A program made the position numbers and the translations under genes. The notes under the pieces are model-generated. The model was not told the origin of the DNA, did not search any database, and saw nothing but the letters and a program-made list of their open reading frames with translations. A stretch of 47,965 bases of DNA from an uncultured bacterium (lineage in GTDB: Bacteria; Abyssobacteria; SURF-5). This document shows, in pieces, positions 36,553 through 46,271 of this stretch (the first letter of the stretch is position 1; each line of letters starts with the position of its first letter). The stretch spans positions 1-47,965 of the forward strand of contig CAZEBC010000008.1 of NCBI GenBank assembly GCA_964510165.1. Direction: 5' to 3'.

Positions 36553-38940
36553 TCAATAGCCGCGATCAAGCAGAGGAATCCGCATCAATTCCCCTCGGCT
36601 CTCCGGCCGGAACAGCGGGAATTCGATTAGCGGCATGTCATCCGTGAGGACGGGTGCATCTCCGACATAGTGTCTGACCGGGTCTTCATTCAGCAAGAGA
36701 AGGGAAAGCGCGAGCTTGCCGTCCACATTCTCGCCCTCGTAGAGAGCCAAGTCCTCTCTGATCGCCGGATCGTCAAAGTAGGCGATAAAGGATTCACGGT
36801 CTATTTCAAGCCTGTCGGGCGTGCCTATCAGATAAGTCCCCGTCTTGTTGGCTGAACTCCACACCGATGTGTGGGGGAATACCTGGGTGAACGTCCTTAG
36901 CAGCATCTTGTATTGGTCTTCCGTGGAAGAGTACATGGGAATCCATTGACAGATGATTCCGTCGGCGGTCAAACGCTTTTTGCAGAGTTCATAAAATTCC
37001 TTGGTGTACAGATTCACGGTGCCTGCGCTGTAGGGTGGGGGAGGCGGGTCGATCGTAATCAGGTCATACTGCTTGTCTGACAATGAAAGATGGTTCCTGC
37101 CATCCGCGATGATTCTGCCTACGTCCGGCTCCTCAAGAACCGAGGCGTCTTCATGATAAAACTTGAAGGCCTCCACAACGTAGGGACACAACTCAACGAA
37201 ATCGGTCTGCATGCCGGCGCTTCTCGCGGAGACGAACGTAGTGCCCATCCCGAAGCACACAACCAATGCGGTGCGGGGGTTTCGTCCAAGCGCCAGCGGA
37301 AGATGCGCCATGAGCTGGGTGTCGAGGCCGAGATATGTCATGGAGACCCCGTTAGTGACTAATAAACGAGTGCCTGAATCGTCTTCCGCGACAGCCACCG
37401 CCGCAGTCGCGTCCTCGTCGAAAGCGAGCACCTCCCAGTTCTGCTCTGTGCGCCTCTCGAGCAGCATTACCGAAAGGTCCTTCATAAGGTCGTTTCCCAA
37501 GGGAAAGCCCGCAATCGGCACGACAATCAGCCCAGCGGCTATCCATTCGCGCGAAGAGCCGCCCTCCTCTCGCCTTGAGAGCGCCATCAGCAACCATCCG
37601 CAGGTCATACTTGTCAGCACCAGCAGAAGCATGCTGTCTTTCGAGCCAATGAGGGGGATTAAGACAAATCCGGCGAGAAAAGAGCCCGCAATCGCGCCAA
37701 CTGTATTGACTGCGTATAACGTACCCGTCTGCTTTCCTATCGTACCGAGACTGCGGGCGTACGTCCGGACGACTACCGGGAAAATAGCGCCCATGAGCAG
37801 GGTTGGCGGGAGAACCACCACGAAGACGCCGATGAGATTCCGGGATAGATAGCTCAGTGGTTCGACACCGAGTGAATAGGGCATGAACGGCAGCCAGCGG
37901 AACAAGAGCAATCCTGCAATGACGGTCAATCCTAGAACGATCTCAAGCCAGCCGAACATCCGAAGAGGATGCTTCAAGCCATCTGCAATTCGCGAGAAGA
38001 CGAGGCTGCCGCCTGTGATTCCAAGCAGATAGACGACCAAAATCATCGAGAACGAATAGATGGAGCTCCCAAGAAGAAACACCAATATCCTGGACCACAG
38101 AACCTCATAAGCGAGCGCCGCCATGCCGGAGACGCCGAATATGAGGATGACAACCCTCAGCGTGCCCCTCCTGTAGGTTGTCTCGGCGGGGACAGGGGCG
38201 TGCGTTGTCTCTCCCGTCTCGAATTGTTCGGCGTCGGCACGCGCTGAGAACCCGTTGAGAACGAGAGCGACTAACCCAACGAGGATGTTCAACGAGGCGG
38301 CAAGCCGCTCCGATCCAGCCATCCCGATCTGGCCCAGCAACACGAACCCTCCCAGAAAACATCCCGTCATCGCGCCGAGGGTGTTTATGGCATAGAGGGA
38401 CCCGATACCGGCGCCAGTCTCATCGCCGCGCCTTACAATGAATTTCGTCAGGACGGGCAAGGTGGCCCCCATCAGTGTCGTCGGCACAAGAAGGACCGCG
38501 ACAGAGAGCAAGAACTTTACCAAGCTCATCACATAGACGGAAGCGCCGGTCTTTTGATAGACAAACCGGTAGGCCGGATTGAGTCCTGCCAATGCGAATG
38601 GCAGTATCAAAGCCGAAAGCCCGATGCCGATCTCAAGCCACCCGTAAACCCGGATGGGGTTTCTCCGTTTGTCAATCAAGCGGCCAAACCACAGACTCCC
38701 GCACGCGAGCCCGCCCATGTATGCGACCAGAACCGTGCTTATCGAATATACAGTTATGCCGAAAATGAGGGTGAGCCTCCGTGTCCAGACGATCTCGTAA
38801 ATGAGCGCGCACATACCCGAAAGAAAAAAGAGCAGGTAGAAGGGACTTTGTGAAATCCCAGGAGTCTCACGGTTGAAAAGCGCTTTGCGAGGTTCTTCGC
38901 AGCTTGGTTGATTCGGTCGGGTTGAAGCGGCGCTACTCAT
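36553..38940 (-). CDS. fused multi-TM (MFS-like) / spermidine synthase-like methyltransferase protein
   Basis: Two repeats of SG..AL.YE..W.R / LMGA..P / LYA.NT.GA..G; C-terminal CFGMGTT, DGRN, DLITIDPP, LYTKEFY. Confidence 0.88.
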   Translation of the reverse strand: MSSAASTRPNQPSCEEPRKALFNRETPGISQSPFYLLFFLSGMCALIYEIVWTRRLTLIFGITVYSISTVLVAYMGGLACGSLWFGRLIDKRRNPIRVYGWLEIGIGLSALILPFALAGLNPAYRFVYQKTGASVYVMSLVKFLLSVAVLLVPTTLMGATLPVLTKFIVRRGDETGAGIGSLYAINTLGAMTGCFLGGFVLLGQIGMAGSERLAASLNILVGLVALVLNGFSARADAEQFETGETTHAPVPAETTYRRGTLRVVILIFGVSGMAALAYEVLWSRILVFLLGSSIYSFSMILVVYLLGITGGSLVFSRIADGLKHPLRMFGWLEIVLGLTVIAGLLLFRWLPFMPYSLGVEPLSYLSRNLIGVFVVVLPPTLLMGAIFPVVVRTYARSLGTIGKQTGTLYAVNTVGAIAGSFLAGFVLIPLIGSKDSMLLLVLTSMTCGWLLMALSRREEGGSSREWIAAGLIVVPIAGFPLGNDLMKDLSVMLLERRTEQNWEVLAFDEDATAAVAVAEDDSGTRLLVTNGVSMTYLGLDTQLMAHLPLALGRNPRTALVVCFGMGTTFVSARSAGMQTDFVELCPYVVEAFKFYHEDASVLEEPDVGRIIADGRNHLSLSDKQYDLITIDPPPPPYSAGTVNLYTKEFYELCKKRLTADGIICQWIPMYSSTEDQYKMLLRTFTQVFPHTSVWSSANKTGTYLIGTPDRLEIDRESFIAYFDDPAIREDLALYEGENVDGKLALSLLLLNEDPVRHYVGDAPVLTDDMPLIEFPLFRPESRGELMRIPLLDRGY

Positions 38941-39029
38941 CACGATTCCCTGGCGGTACGGTTTCAGTAGAGCGTGAAAGCTGGCTCTGGGAGGGTTTAA
39001 CTCTATATAAAGATTGCACTTCTATGTCC

Positions 39030-39096
39030 TTGTTCGTTTCACGTCCGTATGATATAATCAGGCTCTATTCTAAGCGAGCAAATCAATATAAGTCAA
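39030..39096. promoter_or_regulatory. overlapping divergent sigma70 promoters
   Basis: Plus strand: TTGTTC (39030-39035), 17 bp, TG-a-TATAAT (39053-39058). Minus strand: TTGACT (39096-39091), 18 bp, TAGAAT (39072-39067). Confidence 0.6.
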
Positions 39097-39144
39097 CAAT
39101 CAAACGCCGCTCCGCTCCTGAATGAGCGCAGAGAATATCCGTTC

Positions 39145-40830
39145 ATGACAGAGGAAACAAAATATGCCCGCGTGTCTCCCGACACGTTGCTGGCATCTGT
39201 CTTGGCTCTGACGAACCTTGCCGTTCTTCTGACGCTGTGGGATACGGTCGGCGTTCAGGCCGATGAGTCCCTGAATATCTATGGAGCGCTTCGAATCCTG
39301 GACGGGGAACGAATCTACAAGGACTTCTGGATGTACAATCCACCCGGAATCTTCCTTTGGACGGCAACGGTTTTCGCCCTGCTTGGGAAATCGCTTTTCT
39401 CGATCCGTATTATGCTCGTTTTGGCGTCCTCCTTCAGTGTGGCAGTCCTTTTTCTTCTTGGTCGCACGTTTATGGGAAGAGGCTGGTCGTCAGTTGCGCC
39501 GGTCCTGTTTATTGCGGCCGGTGTGAACCTCTGGCCAGTGGCCGGCTACCATTGGTACAGCACATTTATGCTCATATGGAGTGTTTATTGCGCGGCTCGC
39601 TTCCTCGATGAGCGATCCCGAACCTGGTCATTGCTTGCAAGCGGTTTCCTGGCGGGGGTGACGTTTTTGTTCCAGCAGCCAAAGGGTGGACTGCTCATTG
39701 CTTTCATGTTTATGTTCCTTGCCATCGAAGCCCTCGTTTGGGGATGGCGGAGAAATTCGAAAGACGCAGCGATTGGCACAGGTGTCTTGTTTGCGATTGG
39801 CGTCGCCGCCCCTGTATTGAGTGCAGCACTCTATTTCATCTGTTATGGAACGCTGCGTGACGCGATATCAGCGACCGTCGTCTTTCCCTTTCGACTGATC
39901 TCCGAGGGCGGCGGTCAGCCCGGTTATGCCTTGTATTATGGGGCAATGACACGAGAGATTGTAGGTCAGATTCTACAGGCGTCGCCGCTCCACTTGCCGG
40001 GGTGGATCGCCTCCGCGGCCGCCTCTCTCGTCAATTTTGCTGGTCCGATGTTCATTCCCCTGGGAATCCTGGTTTGGATGGGGCGACGGCTCGTTGGAAC
40101 CTCGCATACTTCGATTCCGCTGCTATGCGCATGTGCTGCCTTTGCGGCTTTCGGTTCGTCCTTGCAGAAGCCGGACTTCCATCACCTGCTGACCGTCGGG
40201 CCGATGTGCTATTTGATGATTGCATACGTTTTCTCCTCGCTCGCCGGGAACGGTAAGGGAATACTTCGAAGGGCTGGATCTGCGCTCCCGGCCGCTGTAC
40301 TTATGGGAGGCGCCGTCGGTCTGCTTTTGTCTAACCTGCTGTTTGCCCGGTCTGTCGTGAGAGTCCCGTTGAGCTCATCTCTGGGCTTTATCGCAGTCTC
40401 GGGCAGGCCTGTGTCGGAGGTGGTCGCGGAACGGATTCCGCTCGTGAAGGTGATTGACTATGTCCGGGTCAACACAAGCCCGGACGAAACGGTGTTCGTT
40501 ATGTCCTATTCCCCATTTATCTATTACCTGAGCGAACGCCGAAATCCCACGCCCTATGCCGACATCCCCTCGAGCCCATGCGGGGAGGGGGCAAAATTTC
40601 ACGTGTTGAAGCTGGGCCATGCTTCCTCGAACCTTGAGCGGCTCGAAAAGACCGTCCGTTCCTTGGAAGCTGACAAGACTCCTCTAGTGGTGCTGGATCC
40701 GGCAAGCTCGTGCCAGGTTACGGGAGACGTGAACGAGTATGGATTTGACCCGCTGGTTGAGTACCTCAGGACCCATTATCGGATCGAGGTCGAATATGGC
40801 CCGTACGTCATTATGACACGGTCCGATTAG
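39145..40830 (+). CDS. polytopic membrane GT-C (ArnT/PMT-like) glycosyltransferase, putative
   Basis: ADE acidic pair in first loop, IYKDFW..NPPG, many TMs, IYYLSERRNPT. Confidence 0.7.
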   Translation: MTEETKYARVSPDTLLASVLALTNLAVLLTLWDTVGVQADESLNIYGALRILDGERIYKDFWMYNPPGIFLWTATVFALLGKSLFSIRIMLVLASSFSVAVLFLLGRTFMGRGWSSVAPVLFIAAGVNLWPVAGYHWYSTFMLIWSVYCAARFLDERSRTWSLLASGFLAGVTFLFQQPKGGLLIAFMFMFLAIEALVWGWRRNSKDAAIGTGVLFAIGVAAPVLSAALYFICYGTLRDAISATVVFPFRLISEGGGQPGYALYYGAMTREIVGQILQASPLHLPGWIASAAASLVNFAGPMFIPLGILVWMGRRLVGTSHTSIPLLCACAAFAAFGSSLQKPDFHHLLTVGPMCYLMIAYVFSSLAGNGKGILRRAGSALPAAVLMGGAVGLLLSNLLFARSVVRVPLSSSLGFIAVSGRPVSEVVAERIPLVKVIDYVRVNTSPDETVFVMSYSPFIYYLSERRNPTPYADIPSSPCGEGAKFHVLKLGHASSNLERLEKTVRSLEADKTPLVVLDPASSCQVTGDVNEYGFDPLVEYLRTHYRIEVEYGPYVIMTRSD

Positions 40831-41570
40831 AGGCTGAGGCGTTGACGAAGCGCTTCATACAGGATCACCGCCGTCGCCGCACTGGCGTTAAGAGAGGATA
40901 TCTTGCCCTGCATCGGGATGCGTACTGCAAGCTCGCACTTGCTCCGCACGAGATGCCTGATCCCCGTCCCCTCGCTACCGATCACAATGGCCGTCGGAAG
41001 GCTCAGATCAATTTCGTAAATCGTCTTGTCCGCATCGCCCGCTGTGGCCACCGTCTGAATGCCGCATTCATTCAGCCTACCCACCGTCACGGCAACGTTG
41101 GTCACACGCGCGACAGGGACGAATTGTGACGCGCCCGCTGAATGCTTCGCGACTACAGGAGTAAGCCCGATCGAACGATGGCGGGGGATCAACACGCCGC
41201 TAACACCCACCGCCTCTGCTGTCCTCAATATCGCTCCGAGATTCTGGGGGTCTGTGATGCTGTCAAGGACAAGCAGCAAGGCAGGCTTGCCATCGCGATA
41301 CGGCTGCATCAATTCATCCGGATCAGCGTATTCGACGGGCGAAACCGATGCCACAACTCCCTGATGAACCTCCCCGGAAGCGTATCGTTCAAGGGCATTG
41401 CGCGGAAGGATTTTCACCAAAACTCTTCCGCGATGCGCAAGCTCGTGAATCTCATGCATCGTTGGGCCGTGGGTTCCCTCCGCTATGAAAAGCTTATTTA
41501 CCCGCTCGGGGCACGAACGGAGCGCCTCCAGCACGGCACGTCTCCCACATATGTATTCCGATTCTTGCAT
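40827..41570 (-). CDS. rlmB: 23S rRNA (guanosine-2'-O)-methyltransferase RlmB
   Basis: HQGVVA, LDSITDPQNLGAILRTA, IGSEGTG, IPMQGKISSLNAS (SPOUT motifs). Confidence 0.93.
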   Translation of the reverse strand: MQESEYICGRRAVLEALRSCPERVNKLFIAEGTHGPTMHEIHELAHRGRVLVKILPRNALERYASGEVHQGVVASVSPVEYADPDELMQPYRDGKPALLLVLDSITDPQNLGAILRTAEAVGVSGVLIPRHRSIGLTPVVAKHSAGASQFVPVARVTNVAVTVGRLNECGIQTVATAGDADKTIYEIDLSLPTAIVIGSEGTGIRHLVRSKCELAVRIPMQGKISSLNASAATAVILYEALRQRLSL

Positions 41571-41764
41571 CCCATAACTTTAGCGCATCCAGCAGAGAAT
41601 TTCAAACTGATCGACAATCAATGAGGCAGGTCTTGTGCTGGCATAGTTGATGGTCTTGTCTCATTACATGCTCAATGTAAGCTATGTGATTATAATATAT
41701 TAAGATATACAGCTTCAGAAATAAGATTAAATCTCAATGTTTGAGAATTGCGAAGAGGCAAGCC

Positions 41765-43924
41765 CTAAGAAAGCAGCCGCGCGAGGCGGGTATGGCGCTG
41801 CTGAGTGCGAGCGTTCCTGATGGCCATGGAGAGAGCGTCGCGAGAGCCGACGAGCACCACGAGCTCCCGGGCCCTAGTGACCGCCGTATATATCAAGTTC
41901 CGCTGAAGCAGCACGTAATGCTGGGTCATCACAGGAACGACAACCGCCCGGTATTCCGACCCCTGCGATTTGTGGACCGAGATCGCATAGGCAAGCTCAA
42001 GCTCGTCCAGTTCAGAGAATTCGTAAGCGACGATCCGCCCGTCAAAATCCACCATCACTTGTTGCGTGTCAGCGTCGATTGAGAAAATGATCCCGAGGTC
42101 GCCGTTGAAGACCTCCTTTTCGTACTTGTTTTTCGTTTGCATGACCTTGTCGCGGACTCTGAACTTCCTTGTCCCGTGCTGGAGTTCATGCCCGGCCGGG
42201 TTGAGCAGTTTCTGTAGGCGCAGGTTCAGATCGCCGACTCCCGCGGTCCCCTTATGCATTGGGCTTAAGACCTGGATATCAACCAGTGGGTCCATTCCGA
42301 AAGCGTCGGGAATGCGCTTGGATATGAGCATCTCCACTGTGGAGGCTACCTCCTCAGGGGTTGCTCGCTCTATGAAATGGAAGCCGTCTCTCCTCGCTGA
42401 CTCATCTTGCGGCAAGATGGGATCTTCACCGCGGTTTATCCTGTGCGCATTACTGACGATGAGACTGCCCTCGGCCTGTCTGAATATTTCGGTGAGCCTC
42501 GTCACCTCGGGGAGACCCGAGTCGATAAGATCCCTCAGAACGTTGCCGGGGCCGACCGACGGAAGCTGGTCGGCATCGCCCACAAAGATCACGCTCGCCT
42601 CGGCAGGAACCGCCTTGAGCAGATGGTAAAGCAGCACCGTGTCGAGCATGGAAGTCTCATCTATGATCAGAATGTCGGCGCCCAAAGGGTTGTCGCGGTC
42701 GCGCACAAACCCCATCTTCGCCGGGCTGTACTCAAGCAGGCGATGAATCGTGCTCGCGGGTATACCCGCGCTTTCCTCCATCTTCTTGGCGGCTCTGCCC
42801 GTGGGTGCTGCAAGTTGAACGAACTGCTTCTTGGCTCGGAAGATATCGACGAGGGCTTTGACGAGTGTGGTCTTGCCTGTTCCGGGACCGCCGGTAATCA
42901 CGAGCAACTTGCTCTGGACCGCCTTGCGAATGGCCTCGCGCTGGCCCTCATTGAGCTTGAGAGTGCGGCGACTCTCGAACCATCGGGCTGCCTTGTCGGG
43001 GTCCACAGGCGGAAGCATCTTCAGGGAACTCCATAGCACCCTCAGATGCTCAGCCGCGCCCGATTCCGCTATATAGAGAGGCTTGAGATAGACTGCATCT
43101 ATCCCATTGCGCACTACCACGATCTTCGCCTCGGTCTCGAGTTTGGAGAGGCCATCCTGCACGAGGTCGGACGATGCCTTGAGCATTTCGGCGCATTCGC
43201 CCTTAAGCGGCTCTAACGGATAATACACATGTCCCTCGGCAGACTTTTCGCCAAGGATATGGAGCGCCGCCGCTGCGGCCCGGGCGGGCGAATCCTGAGG
43301 GATGCCCATCTTCCGGGCTATCGAGTCGGCCAGCTTGAAGCCGATCCCGTGAATGTCATACGTGAGCCGATAAGGGTCTTCCCGCACAATGCGGACTGCC
43401 TCGGCACCATATTCCTTGATTATCCTCGTGGCGAACGCCGGCGTGATGTCATGGCTCTGCAGGAAAACCATTGTCTCACGCAAGTCCTTGTTTTGCTGCC
43501 ATGACGCGGTCATGCTGTCGAGCGTTTTGCGCCCGATGCCGCGCACTTCGCACAGGCGCTGGGGCTCTTCGGTGATTACACGGAGCGTGTCTTCACCGAA
43601 CTTTTGGACGATTCTCTTTGCCATGGTTGGCCCGATTCCCTTGAAAAGTCCGGACGCAAGATATCTCTCGATCCCTTCCACGGACGAGGGAGGGACAATC
43701 TCGCATCGTTCCACCCTGAACTGCGGGCCGAATCTGCGGTTTTCTTCCCATTTCCCCTCGACTCGCACATACTCGCCTTCACGCGCCTTGGCAAGGTGGC
43801 CCACTATCGTGACAGGCTCAGCCACTGTTCCAGACGCAAGCCTTGCCACCGTGTACCCGTTTTCTTCGTTAAAATACACGATCCGCTCGATCGTGCCTTC
43901 AAGATAACTTTCTCTCGTTTGCAT
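41765..43924 (-). CDS. recD2: ATP-dependent RecD2-like DNA helicase
   Basis: N-terminal YLASG..KGIG HhH, TGGPGTGKTT, APTGRAA, DETSM, GDADQLPSVGPG, AYAISVHKSQGSEY, YTAVTRA. Confidence 0.95.
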   Translation of the reverse strand: MQTRESYLEGTIERIVYFNEENGYTVARLASGTVAEPVTIVGHLAKAREGEYVRVEGKWEENRRFGPQFRVERCEIVPPSSVEGIERYLASGLFKGIGPTMAKRIVQKFGEDTLRVITEEPQRLCEVRGIGRKTLDSMTASWQQNKDLRETMVFLQSHDITPAFATRIIKEYGAEAVRIVREDPYRLTYDIHGIGFKLADSIARKMGIPQDSPARAAAAALHILGEKSAEGHVYYPLEPLKGECAEMLKASSDLVQDGLSKLETEAKIVVVRNGIDAVYLKPLYIAESGAAEHLRVLWSSLKMLPPVDPDKAARWFESRRTLKLNEGQREAIRKAVQSKLLVITGGPGTGKTTLVKALVDIFRAKKQFVQLAAPTGRAAKKMEESAGIPASTIHRLLEYSPAKMGFVRDRDNPLGADILIIDETSMLDTVLLYHLLKAVPAEASVIFVGDADQLPSVGPGNVLRDLIDSGLPEVTRLTEIFRQAEGSLIVSNAHRINRGEDPILPQDESARRDGFHFIERATPEEVASTVEMLISKRIPDAFGMDPLVDIQVLSPMHKGTAGVGDLNLRLQKLLNPAGHELQHGTRKFRVRDKVMQTKNKYEKEVFNGDLGIIFSIDADTQQVMVDFDGRIVAYEFSELDELELAYAISVHKSQGSEYRAVVVPVMTQHYVLLQRNLIYTAVTRARELVVLVGSRDALSMAIRNARTQQRHTRLARLLS

Positions 43925-43960
43925 GTTGGTGCTCGGACCTTCTGCAAGTCATTCCGTTTC

Positions 43961-43989
43961 ATTATAGTGTACCGGTCACTCATGTTCAA
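43961..43989 (-). promoter_or_regulatory. sigma70 promoter of recD2
   Basis: Minus strand TTGAAC (43989-43984), 17 bp, TATAAT (43966-43961). Confidence 0.65.
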
Positions 43990-44014
43990 ATGCCAGGTTG
44001 TTCGCCAATCTTTT

Positions 44015-44043
44015 TTGACTTTGGGATTTCTATTGAATAATAT
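44015..44043 (+). promoter_or_regulatory. sigma70 promoter of the YfhO-like gene (possibly near-leaderless mRNA)
   Basis: TTGACT (44015-44020), 17 bp, TAATAT (44038-44043); ATG only 8 nt further and no Shine-Dalgarno. Confidence 0.5.
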
Positions 44044-44051
44044 GAATCGCC

Positions 44052-46271
44052 ATGGACTACGGACCAATAGTGAATCACGACAAACCCCGGGCGGTACAAC
44101 GGGTTGATGTATTGGCAATCAGCCTGTTGGCGGCAGTGCTTCTGCTTTATTTTCGATCACTCATCTGGACCGACGAATTTATCTATGGAGAGCTTGACAT
44201 TCGCCGCAGCCTGTATCTCTTTAGACAGATCGCATATGAGACCATGCGGTCGGGCGAAGCACCCCTCTGGATCAAACACTTGAATTGCGGCATGCCCTTG
44301 CTTGGCGGCGCGCTGGTCACCCCCTTCTATCTTCCCGACCTGCTGTTCATGTGGTCTGGGCTTCCGTTGAATGTGGCATTCAATTGGGACCTAATCCTTC
44401 ATTTGATGGCGGGACAGATATTTTCTTACCTCTTCTTCCTGCACTTACTGAAGAATCGTGCGGCGGCGCTGTTTTCCTCGATGTGGTTCTGGAATGCTTT
44501 CTTTCTCGGGTCCGTCATCATCGGCGACGCACTCAACATAAGGGCCATGCTTCTTGTTCCCGTCGTTTTTTACTTTGTGGAGGCTGGCCTGGGGGACAAT
44601 GGCCGGGCGGTTCATCTCTGGCTCGGCGCGCTCGCGCTCTCTTTTCAGCTTTTGTCGGGCGGGCTCCAATTTGTCGTTTATACGATGACGGCAGTCTCGC
44701 TCTATACCTTATTCCTTCTGATCGTTCGAGCAAGGCAGGGAGAAGAGGTCATTCAACCGGCAATGAGTTCGGCCGCACTAGCTGTTGTCGCGCTCGCCAT
44801 TTCCGCAATACAGTTGGTTCCGGGGTGGGAGTACAGCCGTCTGAGCGTACGTTCGACCGCCGTACCGTGGTTTCGGGTCTGGGCGCTCGAGCCCCATCTA
44901 CTCCTGGAGTATGTCATTCCGATGAGCGACCTTGACAGTTCAAAGAGGGGCTATTTCGGGATAATTCCGCTTGTTCTGGCCGCCCACTCGATTGCATCTT
45001 GGAGGGACAAGAAGAAATACTTTTTCATAGGCCTTGCCGCGCTTTCTTTACTCTACTCTCTCGGAGGTCATACCCGCATATCCACCCTCCTCGCGGGATT
45101 GCCTCTTCTGCGCCAATTTCGCGGACCGGCCAGAGCTGCTCTGTTTTTCAATCTGTCGGTCTTTGTCCTTGCTGGCGGCGGTCTGACCAGTTTATATCGA
45201 AACGGCACGTCCGCCAGGCGAGACAAAGTCGTCTTTGCACTGGTGAGTCTGGTCTTGGGCTGTGGTTTCATCATTGCGGCGTTTCTATCGCGCAATTACT
45301 CCGACCGCACCGCATGGGGCGTTGCAGTTTCAGGAGGTTTTCTGATTGTTTCGGTAATTGCCACAAGCCTCTTTCTCCTGTGGCCCCGGTTCAAGAGAGT
45401 TGGCGCGCTCACGCTTGTGGCGCTGCTATTTGCCAATTTGGCGGTTGTGTATGCGAATTATTATTCGCCAACCAAGGTCAGTGAAATTCTGGGCAAGGAT
45501 CGGACCGTTGACTACCTGAAAGGGAGGATCGGACCGTTCAGAATAGCGGCGTACAATACCGCTCACACCAATTATCTGGGATTATACGGAATGGAAGTTG
45601 CCAATGGTCACCATCCCTTTCCCACGATACGTGCGGCCGAGTTTTTTCCGCTTCTTACCATCCCGAAGATAGCTTCTCTCGCGGGGGTGAAATACAACGT
45701 TCTGTATCGCTTCAAGGAGAACGGGCAGCCGTATAATCCGCCCGTTCAGAATCAAAAGGAGGTTGTCATCGAGCCGGCCTCCCTCGAACCCCTGCCGCGC
45801 GTCTTTCTCGTTGCCACGTATCGGGTCTTTCCGGCAGCACGCGCTGCGTCTGCCCTGGCGCTTGGCGATTTGGACCCGAGCCGAGAAGCAATTCTCGAGG
45901 AGTCGCTTGAAGGGTTTGAGAGTCAAAACGGCGCCCACGCAAGCGGCTCAGCCACAATAGTTGCTCGGACGGCCAACGAAGTCTCGGTCAGCACCTCGTG
46001 TGAGCGCGCGGCACTCCTGGTGCTGAGTGAATCATACTATCCCGGTTGGCAGGCCGAAGTGGACGGGCAGAAGGCGAAGGTATTGGTTGCCGACTGTCTG
46101 TTTCGAGCAGTGCAGTTGCCGCCGGGAAACCATGCCGTGGTCTTCCGTTTCAGACCGAAGAGCTTCATGATTGGCGCCGGTATCTCATGCGTGGGGATTG
46201 TGTGCTGGGTGATATGGGGGATTCTCCTCAGGAGGAAACACCCCTCTACCGCTCACCCAGAAACTCATTAA
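44052..46271 (+). CDS. YfhO-family (GT-C-like) membrane protein
   Basis: PLW..HLNCGMP, FYLP, QLVPGWEYSRLSVR, FRGPAR, LPRVFL, SESYYPGWQAEVDG, G.H.V.F.FRP. Confidence 0.85.
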   Translation: MDYGPIVNHDKPRAVQRVDVLAISLLAAVLLLYFRSLIWTDEFIYGELDIRRSLYLFRQIAYETMRSGEAPLWIKHLNCGMPLLGGALVTPFYLPDLLFMWSGLPLNVAFNWDLILHLMAGQIFSYLFFLHLLKNRAAALFSSMWFWNAFFLGSVIIGDALNIRAMLLVPVVFYFVEAGLGDNGRAVHLWLGALALSFQLLSGGLQFVVYTMTAVSLYTLFLLIVRARQGEEVIQPAMSSAALAVVALAISAIQLVPGWEYSRLSVRSTAVPWFRVWALEPHLLLEYVIPMSDLDSSKRGYFGIIPLVLAAHSIASWRDKKKYFFIGLAALSLLYSLGGHTRISTLLAGLPLLRQFRGPARAALFFNLSVFVLAGGGLTSLYRNGTSARRDKVVFALVSLVLGCGFIIAAFLSRNYSDRTAWGVAVSGGFLIVSVIATSLFLLWPRFKRVGALTLVALLFANLAVVYANYYSPTKVSEILGKDRTVDYLKGRIGPFRIAAYNTAHTNYLGLYGMEVANGHHPFPTIRAAEFFPLLTIPKIASLAGVKYNVLYRFKENGQPYNPPVQNQKEVVIEPASLEPLPRVFLVATYRVFPAARAASALALGDLDPSREAILEESLEGFESQNGAHASGSATIVARTANEVSVSTSCERAALLVLSESYYPGWQAEVDGQKAKVLVADCLFRAVQLPPGNHAVVFRFRPKSFMIGAGISCVGIVCWVIWGILLRRKHPSTAHPETH

